From positions 97,528,001 to 97,592,000 of the forward strand of contig CM059431.1 in the NCBI GenBank assembly GCA_030390025.1: DNA of 64,000 nt, written 5' to 3'. Of this stretch, positions 51,806-63,500 are shown one piece after another. Below the pieces are notes generated by a model. That model saw nothing but the letters and a program-made list of their open reading frames with translations. It was not told where the DNA came from and made no database searches. A program made the position numbers and the translations under genes. Position 1 is the first letter of the stretch; every line of letters begins with the position of its first letter. The DNA is from Squalus acanthias. Taxonomy: Eukaryota.

Positions 51806-52430
51806 TCATAAGAGAACATAAGAAATAGGAGCAGGAGTCGGCCATTCGGCCCCTCGAGCCTGCTCCGCCATTCAATAAGATCATGGCTGATCTTCTACCT
51901 CAACTCCACTTTCCTGCACTATCCCCATATCCCTTGATTTCCTTAATATCCAACAATCTATCGATCTCTGTCTTAAATATACTCAACGACTGAGCCTCCA
52001 CAGCCCTCTGGGAGTCGAGAACTCCAAAGATTCACCACCCTCTGAGTGAAGAAATTTCTCCTCATCTCAGTCCTAAATGGCCGCCCCTTATTCTGAGACT
52101 GTGACCCCTGGTTCTAGACTCTCCAGCCAGGGAAACATCCTCCCTGCATCTACCCTGTCAAGCCCTGTAAGAATTTTGTATGTTTCAATGAGATCACCTC
52201 ATTCTTCTAAACTCTAGAAAATATAGGCCTAGTCTACTCAATCTCTCCTCATAGGACAATCCCCCCATCTCAGGAATCAGTCTGGTGAACCTTTGTTGCA
52301 CTCTCTCTACAGCAAGTATATCCTTCCTTAGGTAAGGAGACCAAAACTGTACACAATACTCCAGGTGTGGTCTCGCCAGGGCCCTCTATAATTGCAGTCT
52401 TTACTCTTATACTCAAATCCTCTTGTAATA
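51806..52430 (-). mobile_element. CR1 3' fragment
   Basis: agaacataagaaataggagcaggag tail and reverse complement of the RT C-terminal coding sequence. Confidence 0.9.
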
Positions 52431-54911
52431 GATCAAACCCCCTCGCTAATGGAGACTGGCAGTCTCACACAGGATCAAATATAGTTAGAGGCAGTAGAGA
52501 AGGGAGAAACAGACCAATGAGATTATTCAGCTATTGGCGGGTCTGGAAGCTGAGGTCAGAGGCTGGACAACTTCTTCCACCTCCCCTGCTCCCAAGATTT
52601 AGATCCAGTGATCACTGCACGGCAAGCAAAACAGCCAGTGCAGTCGCACCCTGCACACAACAGACAGCGTTAGCAGAGCAGCCCTGGGAACCCACACCAC
52701 ACAGCCAAGGCTTCCGTCATTCTTACCGTAACTTATCCCCACTTTGCTGCACTATTTATCTCTGTCGAAGCCGACGACAGATTTCAGAACCAATTTATCC
52801 ATGACAAAGATTATTCATGACCAGCGCTCTGTCTCAAACGCCAGTCCATACAGGGGCGACTGTACGAAACCGCGCTCCAGACTGGGAGCACAGAACCGAA
52901 AGTTGCCTGTGTGTCTCCTCATCCCGATTTTGTGCACGCGGGAATATACCTGTGATTTCCTGCTGTAGGCTCCCTGTGTGTGAGGGAGCGTGACCTCATG
53001 GAATCGCCCATTATACTTGGACGTATGTCTGTGGCGAGAGAGAGAGACCGACTTTTAATGGTGCCTTGTGACAGATAGAAGCTGCTGTACTTCCCAAACT
53101 TGCTGGAGTTTTTAAGCAGCCAAAACTCTGACAAACAACCAGAACCAAAATTTAAAAGAAACTTTTTTTCCAGTTTTGCTTTACGCCTTGGTGTAGATTA
53201 TTACCCAGTGCAAGTTACAACAACAGCTAATGTCCTGGCCATTTCAAGGAATATTGCAGGATTGGACCTGCACCATGCAAAGCCATGTCAGAGTTAACTT
53301 AGGGAACTGCCGGTTTAATCACTGAAAATATCTGTGTACAGATTGAAAGGTACATTTTATAAAACACACCCCGAGCACCAGTTGAGTGAAGTCTCCCTCA
53401 TGCTGTTCTCAATTATCTGTCCAAATTGAAAGGAAAATTCCCAGTGGGCAGAAAATGGGAAAATTTAGCCACAAACTTATTTTCTTGCCCAAAGCAATGG
53501 TTTTAACTAAAGAGGCTAGGTTGTAAATGCAACACTTTAACTGTGTTTTTATGGTGGGCAGTGTGTGTGTGGTCAGAAATCTCGACCCCGTCCCACCAGT
53601 TACTGGCTCTGTGATGGACAAGGATTGGTGGGAGAGAATGGGACCAATGACCTTTCTCATTGGGTGGGGCCTCAGTAACTTTAATCATCAGATGCTATGT
53701 ACCGAATGGAAAACTTTTAAACATTGTACCAGAATCGGCGCATGGGTCACAAGTGAATACAGTCCAAGCTCACAGCCACTTGTGTTCAATGTCCTGTGAT
53801 CCATCAATACAATCTTATAAAGGGCCGTTTCTACACAGTAAAACTCCCAGTGTGATGGGGGTGTGGATCGCGGGTTAAAGGTCGGTCTGCCTGAGTCACG
53901 GTGCCCCACATTTTGTGATCCTGAATGTTTAAAGTTGGGAGTGCTCTCTGTGCCTGATTCTCAGATCCAGGTCTCCATCCAGGGAAGCTCCTCATACCAG
54001 CAGAGACTCTCAAAACATTTCCATGGTGAAGTAAGAGTTGGGTTAAGTTACAGATCCGGAGTAACGCAGCTCAGTGACGAGACCTGTAATAAAAAGATGC
54101 ATCTGCAACCCTACACCTCAATACGATAAAGCACTGAGTGAGCACCACATCCAAAATATATCATTCCCGATGCAGAGGTTTACAGATATTGCCTTCGCTG
54201 AGTGCCAGATATAGAAGGAATTCCTAATCAAGCACCGTACAATTACCAAACTGAGTTAATTTAAAAGATTGACTGGTAAGAGCAGAACGCAGTCACTGAA
54301 ACTGTCCAGATTCCCTTCAATGGTTTCAGATCTGAAATGCAATCCCAAGTGTTCAGTTCAAATGCTGCTCTGCTTTTATTTGGGGTGTGACCTCAAATCA
54401 CTGATATTAATCGAAAGACGCACCAAACTCCCTGAAGATTAGTTTCCTATTAGTTGCAATTGCGGAGGCAGTCACTGCGAGAAGTTTCACACTCACAGTG
54501 CTGGGCTCCGTGTGACTGGCAATTCCACTGCAGAAGGCCACACGCCCGATTTTCAGGACATTAATGGACGGGAAAACCGGGCAGGGAGCGATTCAGTTGG
54601 GCTGGATTCTGCAGCCTCCCTCTGGGGGAGCTCTGCACTGGGAGCACAACTCTGACACTGCGCAATAGAACATGCTGGAGGTTACCGCCCACGACACTCG
54701 CAGCTTAACACTTTTACACAGCAATCCCCAGTCTGCTATTTTAATGAATGCTCGACCTCTTTAAAATACACCAGTCAAAGTCTGTGTTTAAATAGTGGAC
54801 AGGCCAATGGCAGAGGAACATATTAAGTGCTTGTTCGCTAATTATCAGCAGCAATCATTCCCAGGCTGGCGTGCTGATCTTCCGTCTGCTGTAGCACATG
54901 ATACAAGCTCA

Positions 54912-55034
54912 CTAGAAATTGGTTTCATCCCAAGAGAGATCATTCATATTCTTTAGAACTTTTCTAACCAGTTTCTCTAACTCCTTGCGAGCTCTCTGCT
55001 CCTCTTCCAGCGAACGCCTCATCTTCTTGTTTTC
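54912..55034 (-). CDS. ARHGEF7: PIX-family RhoGEF last coding exon: ENKKMRRSLEEEQRARKELEKLVRKVLKNMNDLSWDETNF*
   Basis: ttgtgttccAG| acceptor; 123 nt ending in TAG. Matches the beta-PIX C-terminus (...SLEEEQRARKDLEKLVRKVLKNMNDPAWDETNL) rather than the mammalian alpha-PIX tail. Confidence 0.9.
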   Translation of the reverse strand, partial: ENKKMRRSLEEEQRARKELEKLVRKVLKNMNDLSWDETNF

Positions 55035-55192
55035 CTGGAACACAAAATTCAGAATGAAAACTGAATCAAGGCGTTTGCAGGACACGCCCTCAGATATGGG
55101 CCTTTTCCTGGTGAGGGTTTTACACTCCCACGGATCATCTGGCACAGAACATGCAGCCATGGGCTGGGGAGCTGGGCAGGAGTCCAGACAGT

Positions 55193-55660
55193 GTCAGCCG
55201 TGGCTCAGTGGGTAGCACACTCGCCTCTGAGTCAGAAGGTTGTGGGTTCAAGTCCCACTCCAGGGACTTGAGCACAAAAAGCTAGGCTGACACTCCCAGT
55301 GCAGTGTTGAGGGAGTGCAGCACTGTCAGAGGTGCCGTCTTTCGGATGAGACGTTAAACCGAGGTCCCGTCTGCACTTTCAGGTGGATGTAAAATATCCC
55401 ATGGCACTATTTCGAAGAAGAGTAGGGGAGTTCTCCCCGGTGCCCTGGCTAATATTTCTCCCGCAACCAACATAACCAAAAACAGATTATCTAGTCATTA
55501 TCACATTGCTGTTAGTGGGATCTTGCTGTGCGCAAATTGGCTGCTGCATTTCCTACATTACAACAGCGACTACACTTCAAAAAGTACTTCATTGACTGTA
55601 AAGCGCTTTGAGACGTCCGGTGGTCGTGAAAGGCGCTGTAGATATGCCAGTCTTTCTTTC
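55193..55660 (+). mobile_element. Full-length DeuSINE without minisatellite expansion, in the last PIX intron
   Basis: A box 55201-55212, B box ~55245-55256, a single seed unit at ~55298-55335, L2-type tail. Confidence 0.85.
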
Positions 55661-55754
55661 ATTCTATTTCACCAGTCTCCTCTGGTTAATTTCCTGGTGG
55701 CCATCATAGGAACTTATCTTTAGCCTCCGACACAAAGAATTGCTAAAATGGGTA

Positions 55755-56830
55755 TTTCACGACCTCAGGACGTCCCAAAGCGCTTTACAGCCAATGTAGT
55801 ACTTTTAAAGTGTAGTCACTGATGTAACGTAGGAAACGCGGAAGCCAATTTGCGCACAGCAAGATCACACAAATAACAATGTGATAATGACCAGATCATC
55901 TGTTTTAGTGATGTTGGTTGAGGGATAAATTATGGCCCCAGGACAGAGGAGAACTCTCCTGCTCTTCTTCCAATAGTGTCATGGGTTCTTTTACATCCAC
56001 CTGAGGGAAGACGGTGCCCCGGTTTAACGTCTCATCGGAAAGACGGCACCTCCAACAGTGCAGCACACCCTCAGTACTGCTCCTCTGACAGTGCAGCGCT
56101 CCCTAAGTAATGCCCCTCCAACAGTGCAGCACTCCCTCAGTACTGCCCCTCCGACAGTGCAGCACTCCCTCAGTACTGCCCTTCTGACAGTGCAGCAGGC
56201 CCTCAGTACTGCCCCTCCGACAGTGCAACTCTCCCCCAGTACTGCCCCATGACAGTACAGCGCTTCCTCAGTACTGCCCCTCCGACAGTGCCGCACTCCC
56301 TCAGTACTGCCCCTCCGACAGTGCAGCACTCCCTCAGTACTGCCCCTCCGACAGTGCAGCGCTCCCTCAGTACTGCCCCTGCGACAGTGCAGCACTCCCT
56401 CAGTACTGCCCCTTCGACAGTGCAGCGCTCCCTCAGTACTGCCCCTTCGACAGTGCAGCGCTCCCTCAGTGCTGCCCCTCCGACAGTGCAGCTCTCCCTC
56501 AGTACTGCCCCTCCGACAGTGCAGCGCTCCCTCAGTACCGCCCCTCCGACAGTGCAGCGCTCCCTCAGTACCGCCCCTCCGACAGTGCAGCGCTCCCTCA
56601 GTACCGCCCCTCCGACAGTGCAGCACTCCCTCAGTACTGCCCCTCCGACAGTGCAGCACTCCCTCAGTACTGCCCCTCCGACAGTGCAGCGCTCCCTCAG
56701 TACTGCCCCTCCGACAGTGCAGTGCTCCCTCAGTACTGCCCCTCCGACAGTGCAGCACTCCCTCAGTACTGCCCCTCCGACAGTGCAGCACTCCCTCAGT
56801 ACTGCCCTCCGACAGTGCAGCGCTCCCTCC
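55755..56830 (-). mobile_element. Head-less DeuSINE with a 33-bp minisatellite (~56050-56830, ~23 units)
   Basis: Reverse-complement SINE body followed by the array. Confidence 0.82.
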
Positions 56831-56928
56831 GGACCCTCCCAATTCGTAGCTTCAGTCCACAGAGGAAAAAAATGCTCTATGAATCTAGCCCAACATCTGT
56901 GAGTTCCCAGTACAGGTGACATACTCAC

Positions 56929-56983
56929 CTGCTTTAGTTCACGCACCTCATCCTTTAATGCATAAACGGTGTCCACAAGGCTC
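56929..56983 (-). CDS. ARHGEF7: PIX-family RhoGEF penultimate exon: (R)SLVDTVYALKDEVRELKQ, start of the C-terminal coiled coil
   Basis: ttttcctcttcaaacAG| acceptor and |GTgagt donor; 55 nt; SLVDTVYALKDEV is the conserved PIX motif. Confidence 0.9.
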
Positions 56984-57104
56984 CTGTTTGAAGAGGAAAA
57001 CACAGAGACATCGGAATAGATAGAAATGGCATTTTGTTTGTCCAGGTAATTATTAATGAAATAGAATAGAGAGATTTGAGTGATCGCTTGCAGAACACCT
57101 CTGT

Positions 57105-57532
57105 TCAATCCGCAAACGTGACCCCGAGCTTCCGGTCGCTTGCCATTTTAATTCTCCGCTCTACTCCCACTCTGTCCTCGGCCTCCTACACTGTTCCAAT
57201 GAAGCTCAACGGAAGCTCGTGGAACAGCACCTCATCTTTCGATTAGGCACTTTACAACCTTCCAGACTCAACATCGAGTTCAACAATTTCAGATCATAAC
57301 CACTGCTCCCTTTCTTTCGGACGGCAGCTGTTGGTAATGATGCTGCTATTCCCATTTACACCTCCTCTAGACCCATCTTTTGTTTCTTTACTTGTCCCAT
57401 TATCATCCTCTTTTGCCTTGTCCCATCATCACCCTATCACAGACATTCCCTTTGGTTCTTTCCTCTCCTCCCCTCTTTCCCTGTCTCTGTATTTGCTAAA
57501 AAACCTGTTACATCTCTAACTTTTTCCAGTTC
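57105..57532 (+). mobile_element. Penelope fragment: GIY-YIG C-terminus plus 3'UTR
   Basis: LPVACHFNS...RKLVEQHLIFRLGTLQPSRLNIEFNNF*; the 3'UTR matches 48990-49120 on the minus strand. Confidence 0.8.
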
Positions 57533-58249
57533 ATTGAATAAATCCTATATCAGTGCACCAGGATCTGTTAGTATTAATGTGAGATATCTGCACATTAACA
57601 GGAACATGGATTTAAACTTTAAAGGGCAGAGATTATACGGTTCCAGCTCTGACGAGCAGCCTCCGTGAACGAGCGCACGGGAGAGGTGGGACAGGCCTGT
57701 TCTGCACCCTACATGTTGTATATAGCTGGGCTCCAAGCCCTGGTAGTCACAGAAACTCCTCCATATGCAGCCATGCATCCCATCAAAGCAAAAAGCTGAG
57801 GCACTGCTGTGCAATTGTGTTACAATCTACGGGATTGCACTAATCCAGATGTTGCAAATTCTTCAGCCAAGGTCTGCTGCAAACCCGCCCATTTCCTGCG
57901 TTTTCTGACGCTGTGTATCTGCCCAGAATTGAAGTATCTCTGTGGTGATGTCAGGTGTCTGAAACACAGAGAACTATCGGCAGATTTCAGAATCTGGAAA
58001 ACCCGCGCTCTCCCCAGAGGGGCATGTTTCCCACGCAGCTAAATCCAGGTTGGCAGAAATAAGGCTTAGGACCCAGAGGCGGGCCTGGGCTCTGCTGCTG
58101 TTCAAGCAGCGAAAGGCTCAGAGTTTACCCGCGCACAATCCCACTCCTTGTCCAGCTGGGACCAGCTGCCCACTGCTTGTTGTCTTGGGTTAATTCGCAC
58201 CATACGTTGCAACGAACAGGCCGTCGAATCACTGGCAGTGTTCTCTTAC

Positions 58250-58349
58250 CTTTCTTCGATGATAGTTTGCCCATTGCTGTTGGTTTCTTCTACAATCATT
58301 TTTTCTTCTTCTGGTAGTAAAACCTGAGGAGCAGATTCTTTACGATATG
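58250..58349 (-). CDS. ARHGEF7: PIX-family RhoGEF (best match beta-PIX), third-last coding exon: (x)[32 protein letters not shown](R)
   Basis: Acceptor ttgcAG|, donor |GTaaga; 100 nt, phase compatible with the next exon. Peptide matches the recalled beta-[35 protein letters not shown]. The paralog ARHGEF6 is not fully excluded. Confidence 0.88.
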
Positions 58350-58464
58350 CTGCAACACAGAGTTCAGAGGTTGAAATCACTGTCCCAGGACACCAGTGAA
58401 CAGGGCCACTGCACACAAAGATCAGGCAGTTTAAGGGCGAAGTTTCGATATAATTACTACCATG

Positions 58465-58965
58465 CCGTGCGTGTGTGTCGCTCTGTGCGTGTGTCAGTCT
58501 GTGTGTGTTTGAGTGTGTCAATCAGTGGGTGCGCGCGTCCGTCGATCAGTGTGCGTTTATGCGCGTGCACGTCAGTCCGTGTATGTATGCATGTTGGTGA
58601 GTGTTTGTGTGTGTATCAGTCCGTGTGTGTATGTATGCATGTCGGTCTGTGTGTTTATGCATGTCGGTCCGGCGTGTCAGTCCCGGTGTGTTTGTGTGTG
58701 TCGGTCCATGTGTGTTTATGCATGTGTATCAGTCCATGTGTGTATGTATGCATGTCGGTCCGTGTGTTTGTCGGTCCGTGTGCGTTTATGCGTGTCAGTC
58801 CGTGTGTGTATGTATGCATGTCGGTCTGCGTGTTTGTGCGTTTATGCGTGTCAGGTCAGTGTGTTTGTGTGTCGGTCCACGTGTTTATGTGTGTCAGTCT
58901 GTGTATGCTTATGCGTGTTGGACAGTGTGTGTATGTATGCATGTCGGTCCGTGTGTTTGTGCGGA
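58465..58965. repeat. Degenerate (GT)-rich repeat with recurring gtatgtatgcatgtcggtc units
   Basis: Direct inspection. Confidence 0.85.
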
Positions 58966-59487
58966 CTGGCCCCATGTGATTTTTCCGTTGACTGTAATAA
59001 CCTGGAGCTGCTGCAGGAAAGTTTAGTCTTTAGTTGTCCTTATCTTTCTGCTTTTTCTGCCAGGTGTGCTGATGGGAAATTTTATCCCATTTGCCTATTT
59101 TCCTCCTTAAACGGGGTCGTCCGTTCCACAGGAAAACCGATGGGATAAATGTTACTGGAATGTCCAACTCAGAGTCCTTGGCCCAGATCCGCCCCACTTT
59201 CATGCCAAGTGTGATTATTTTAGCTGACATTTTGAAATTGCCAAAAACGAGGCCCAGCTTCATTTAAATATTTGAATACATTACAATGAGACCGCACGCG
59301 GTTTCTGCATCAGTGGGATCAGGCTGCAACAGGCAGAAGAACAACCACGCGTGACAGAGTCCAAAAGACTCCTGGGTTTCTCAGCCAGGTTTGGATTCCA
59401 GTTTTACCACATATTTGGTTTGCAATTTGTTTTTTTAGAATTTTTTTCTACCAACCCTGTTTATCAGGAACCCAAACCATACGATGA

Positions 59488-59790
59488 ACTTGCATTTATA
59501 TAGCGCCTTTCACGACCTCAGGACTTCCAAAAACACTTTACAGCCAAATAATTACCTTTTGAAGTGTAGTCACTGTTGTAATGTAGAGAAACGCAGCCAA
59601 TTTGCGCACAGCAAGATCCCACAAACAGCAACATGATAAATGACCAGATCATGTTTTTTTAGTGATGTTGGTTGAGGGTTAAATATTGGCCCAAGGACAC
59701 TGGGGGAGAACTCCCCTGCTCTTTTAATAGAGCCGTGGGAACTTTTATGCCCACCTAAGAGAGCAGACGGGGCCTCAGTTTAACGTCTCA
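59488..59790 (-). mobile_element. DeuSINE 3' part
   Basis: cttgcatttatatagcgcctttcac...taacgtctca. Confidence 0.82.
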
Positions 59791-59899
59791 CCTTTGAGCA
59801 AGAAGAGGAGGCTGCTGAAGATCTAGTTAGAACAAAGGGTGAAGATAATGAGAAAATGGTTGCTGCATTGGACAGATGTGGAAGTCAGAAGCAGGTCTC

Positions 59900-60190
59900 C
59901 TATATAACAATTGCATGAATGTTTGTTGCAGCCAACAACAGGTTGTCCATGTCCTCTTCAGACTGCTCCTCTGGATGAAGTCCCTGATGTCCTTGGCTGC
60001 CATCTTCCTCCAAGGCCTCCCTGATGTAGCCCCTTTGTAAGGCAAAGTTGTGCAGCAGGCAATACCAAGCCACGAACCTCGAGACCTTAGCCTGACTATA
60101 TTGATAGACTACAGATTGCTCCAAGCACCCAAAGCGCATCTTCAACAGGTCAATGGTGGCTACTTGGCACCCTGTGTACCACTGCTCAGC
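59900..60190 (-). pseudogene. Harbinger (HARBI1-like DDE) transposase C-terminal remnant
   Basis: KMRFGCL...YQYSQAKVSRFVAWYCLLHNFALQRG fits the K.RF..L...Y...K...C.LHN pattern. Confidence 0.65.
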
Positions 60191-60584
60191 TCAGCTCCTG
60201 CAACGAGGCACAGGGGTCATCAGCACAGGACAGCCTTGTACTCCAGGAGCTGCCCTCTGACTTGCCTTCCTGGCCCTAGGAGTGCTGGCACACACTGGCT
60301 TAAACTGACATTGGATATTCTGTTGTCAGGAATGGGTCACCAGTAGGTGGGGATCCATGAGCCTCTGGCGCTGCTTGGCCAGACTGCCACCCCTCCAATG
60401 CTCCTTCCCCTGGTCCAAAAAGGAAAAATACAGAGGAATTCCCAATGGGAAACCCACTATGCTCCGTACGAAATGGGGGAGGGGAAATATCAACCCCACA
60501 GCAAATGGCAGAAAGGCAGATAGGAAAGTAGTTAACACCACCCAAAAAAACATCAAATTAGAAATAAGATATGTGCAACTAGAG

Positions 60585-63500
60585 TCTTAAACTTAAACAA
60601 AACCAATTACGTATTTATGGGGGGCGAGTTGACTAAGGTAGATTGGGAAATTATATTAAAAGGTATGACAGTAGATAAGCAGTGGCAATCATTTAAAGAA
60701 ATATTCCAAAATTCTCAACAAATATACATTCCATTAATAAAAACTCCACGGGAAAAGTGAGCCACCCATGGCTACCTAAAGAAGTTAAGGATAGTATTAG
60801 ATTAAAATAAGAGGCTTATAATGTTGCAAAGAATAGTAGAAAGCCTGAGGATTGGGAGAGCTTCAGAAACCAGCAAAGGATGACCAAAAAATTGATACAA
60901 AAGGGAGAAAATAGAATGAGAATAAATCAGCAAAAAATATAAAAACAGATTGTAAGAGCTTCTACAAGTATTGGACTGGAAAAATAAATTAAATAAATTA
61001 AAGGGTAAGACAGTTGAAATGCAGTGGCGGACATTTAAGGGGATATTTCATAGCTCTCAACAAAAATATATTCCAGTGAGAAAGAAAGATTTTAAGAGAA
61101 GGGAGCACCATCCATGGCTAACTAAGGAAGTAAAGGATGGTATCAAATTGAAAACGAAGGCATACAATGTTGCCAAGATTGGTGGGAGGCCAGAGGATTG
61201 GGAAATTTTTAAAAACCAGCAAAGGATGACTAAAAAAGAGAGAAAGATGAATTATGAGAGTAAACTGGCAAGAAATATTAAAAGATAGTAAGAGCTTCTA
61301 CAGGTATATAAAAGAAGAGAGTACCTAAAGTAAACGTTGGTCCCTTAGAGGATGAGACTGGGGAATTAATAATGGGGAACGGGGAAATGGCAGAGATTCT
61401 GAACAAATATTTTGTATCTGTCTTCACGGTAGAAGACACCAACAACATCCCAATAATGGATAATCAAGGGGCCACAGGGAGGGGGGAACTAAAGACAATC
61501 ACTATCACTAAGGAAATAGTACTTGGTAAAATAATGGGACTAAAAGACAACAAGTCCCCTAGACCAGATGGCCTGCATCCCAGGGTCGTAAAAGAAGTGG
61601 CACCTTATCGAATGCCTTCTGGAAATTAATAAGGTGCCACATAAAAGGTTACTGCATAAGATAAGAGCTCACGGAGTTGGGGGTAATATATTAGCATGGA
61701 TAGAGAGTTGGCTAACTAACAGAAAGCAGAGAGTCAGGATAAATGGGTCATTTTCTGGTTGGCAAACGGTAACTAGTGGGGTGCCACAAGGATCGGTGCT
61801 GGGGCCCCAACTATTTACAATCTACATTAATGACTTGGATGAAGGGACTGAGTGTAATGTAGCCAAGTTTGTGGATGATACAAAGATGGGTGGGAAAGCA
61901 AGTTGTGCAGAGGACTCAAAGAATCTGCAAAGGGATATAGACAGGCTAGGTGAGTGGGCAAACATTTGGCAGATGGAGTATAATGTGGGAAAGTGTGAGG
62001 TTATCCACTTTGGCAGGAAAAATAAAAAAGCAAACTATTATTTAAATGGAGAGAGATTACAAAATGCTACAGTTCAGAGGGACCTGGGGGTCCTTGTGCA
62101 TGAAACACAAAAAGTTAGCATGCAGGTACAGCAAGTAATCAAAAAGGCAAATGGAATGTTGGCCTTTATTTCAAGGGGGTTGGAGTATAAAAGCAGGGAA
62201 GTCCTGCTACAACTGTACAAGGTATTGGTGAGACCACACCTTGAGTACTGCGTACAGTTTTGGTCTCCTTATTTAAGGAAGGATATACTTGTATTGGAGG
62301 CAGTTCAGAGACGATTCACTAGGTTAATTCCAGAGATGAGGTGTTTGACTTATGAGGAAAGGTTGAGCAGGCTGGGCCTGTACTCATTGGAATTTAGAAG
62401 AATAAGAGGTGATCTTATCGAAACATAAGATACTGAGGGGACTCGACAGGGTAGATGCAGAGAGGATGTTTCCCCTCATGGGGAAATCTAGAACTCGGGG
62501 GCACAGTCTCAGAATAAATGGTCACCCTTTTAGAACTGAGATGAGGAGGAATTTCTTCTCTCAGAGGGTCATAAATCTGTGGAATTCTCTGCCCCAGAGA
62601 GCCATGGAGGCTGGGTCATTAAATACATTTAAGGTGGAGATAGACAGATTTTTGCAAGATAAGGGAGTGAAGGGTTATGGGGAGCGGGCTGGGAAGTGAC
62701 TTTTGAGCCCAAGATCAGCCATGATCTTACTTGAATGGCGGAGCAGGCTCGAGGGGCCAAGTGGCCTATTCCTGCTGCTATTTCTTATGTAAAAAGGAAG
62801 AGAGTAGCAAAAGGAAGCATTGGTCCTTTAGAGGCTGAGATAGGAGAAATTATAATGGGGAACAAGGAAATGGCAGAGACTTTAAACAAATATTTTGTAT
62901 CTGGCTTCACAGTAGAAGACACAAAATGTATACGAAAAATAGTGGGGAACCAAGGGGCTAATGAGAGCGAGGAACTTAAAGTAATTAATATCAGTAGAGA
63001 AAAAGTACTTGAGAAACTAATGGGACTAAAAGCCGACAAATCCCCTGGACCTGATGGCCTACAGCCTAGGGTTCTAAAAGAGGTGGCTGCATAGATAGTG
63101 GATGTATTTGTTGTGATCTTCCAAAATTCCCTAGATTCAGGAACGGCCCCAGCGGATTGGAAGGTAGCAAATGTAACCTCGCTATTCAAGAAAGGAGGGA
63201 AGAGAGAAAACAGGGAACTACAGGCCAGTTAGCCTGACATCAGTCGCCACGAAAATGCTGGAATCCATTATTAAAGAAGTGGTAACAGGGTACTTAGAAA
63301 ATCATAATATGATTAGGCGGAATCAACATGGTTTTATGAAAAGGAAATAGTGTTTAACAAATTTATTAGAGTTTTTTTAGGATGTAACTAGTAGGGTCGA
63401 TAAAGGGGAATTAGTGGATGTACTATATGTGGATTTCCAAAAGGCATTTGATAAGGTGCCACATAAAAGGTTGTTAAGCAAGATAAGGGCACATGGGGTT

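Noticed and set aside
43700..54900. CD40LG or TEX29, the expected downstream neighbours of ARHGEF6 or ARHGEF7
   Set aside because: No TNF-homology or TEX29-like peptide was recognisable by eye; isolated donor-like sites near 48675 and 44161 (minus strand) had no supporting coding signal.
55193..55262. tRNA gene
   Set aside because: The A/B boxes belong to a SINE head that continues into the SINE body; the same holds for head fragments near 1800, 5610, 7750, 13815 and 50065.
1840..56919. Long ORFs with STAPPTVRRSL / HCRRGSTEGA repeats as mucin- or keratin-associated-like proteins
   Set aside because: They are translations of a 33-bp (11-codon) minisatellite inside SINEs, open in several frames on both strands.
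58347..59148. Cys/Val-rich ORFs
   Set aside because: Translations of a degenerate GT repeat in a PIX intron.
59990..60025. ALEED peptide as the PIX GIT-binding exon
   Set aside because: It lies in the Harbinger transposase remnant, lacks the following AQILKVIEAYC and has no splice sites; the next upstream PIX exon appears to be outside the window.
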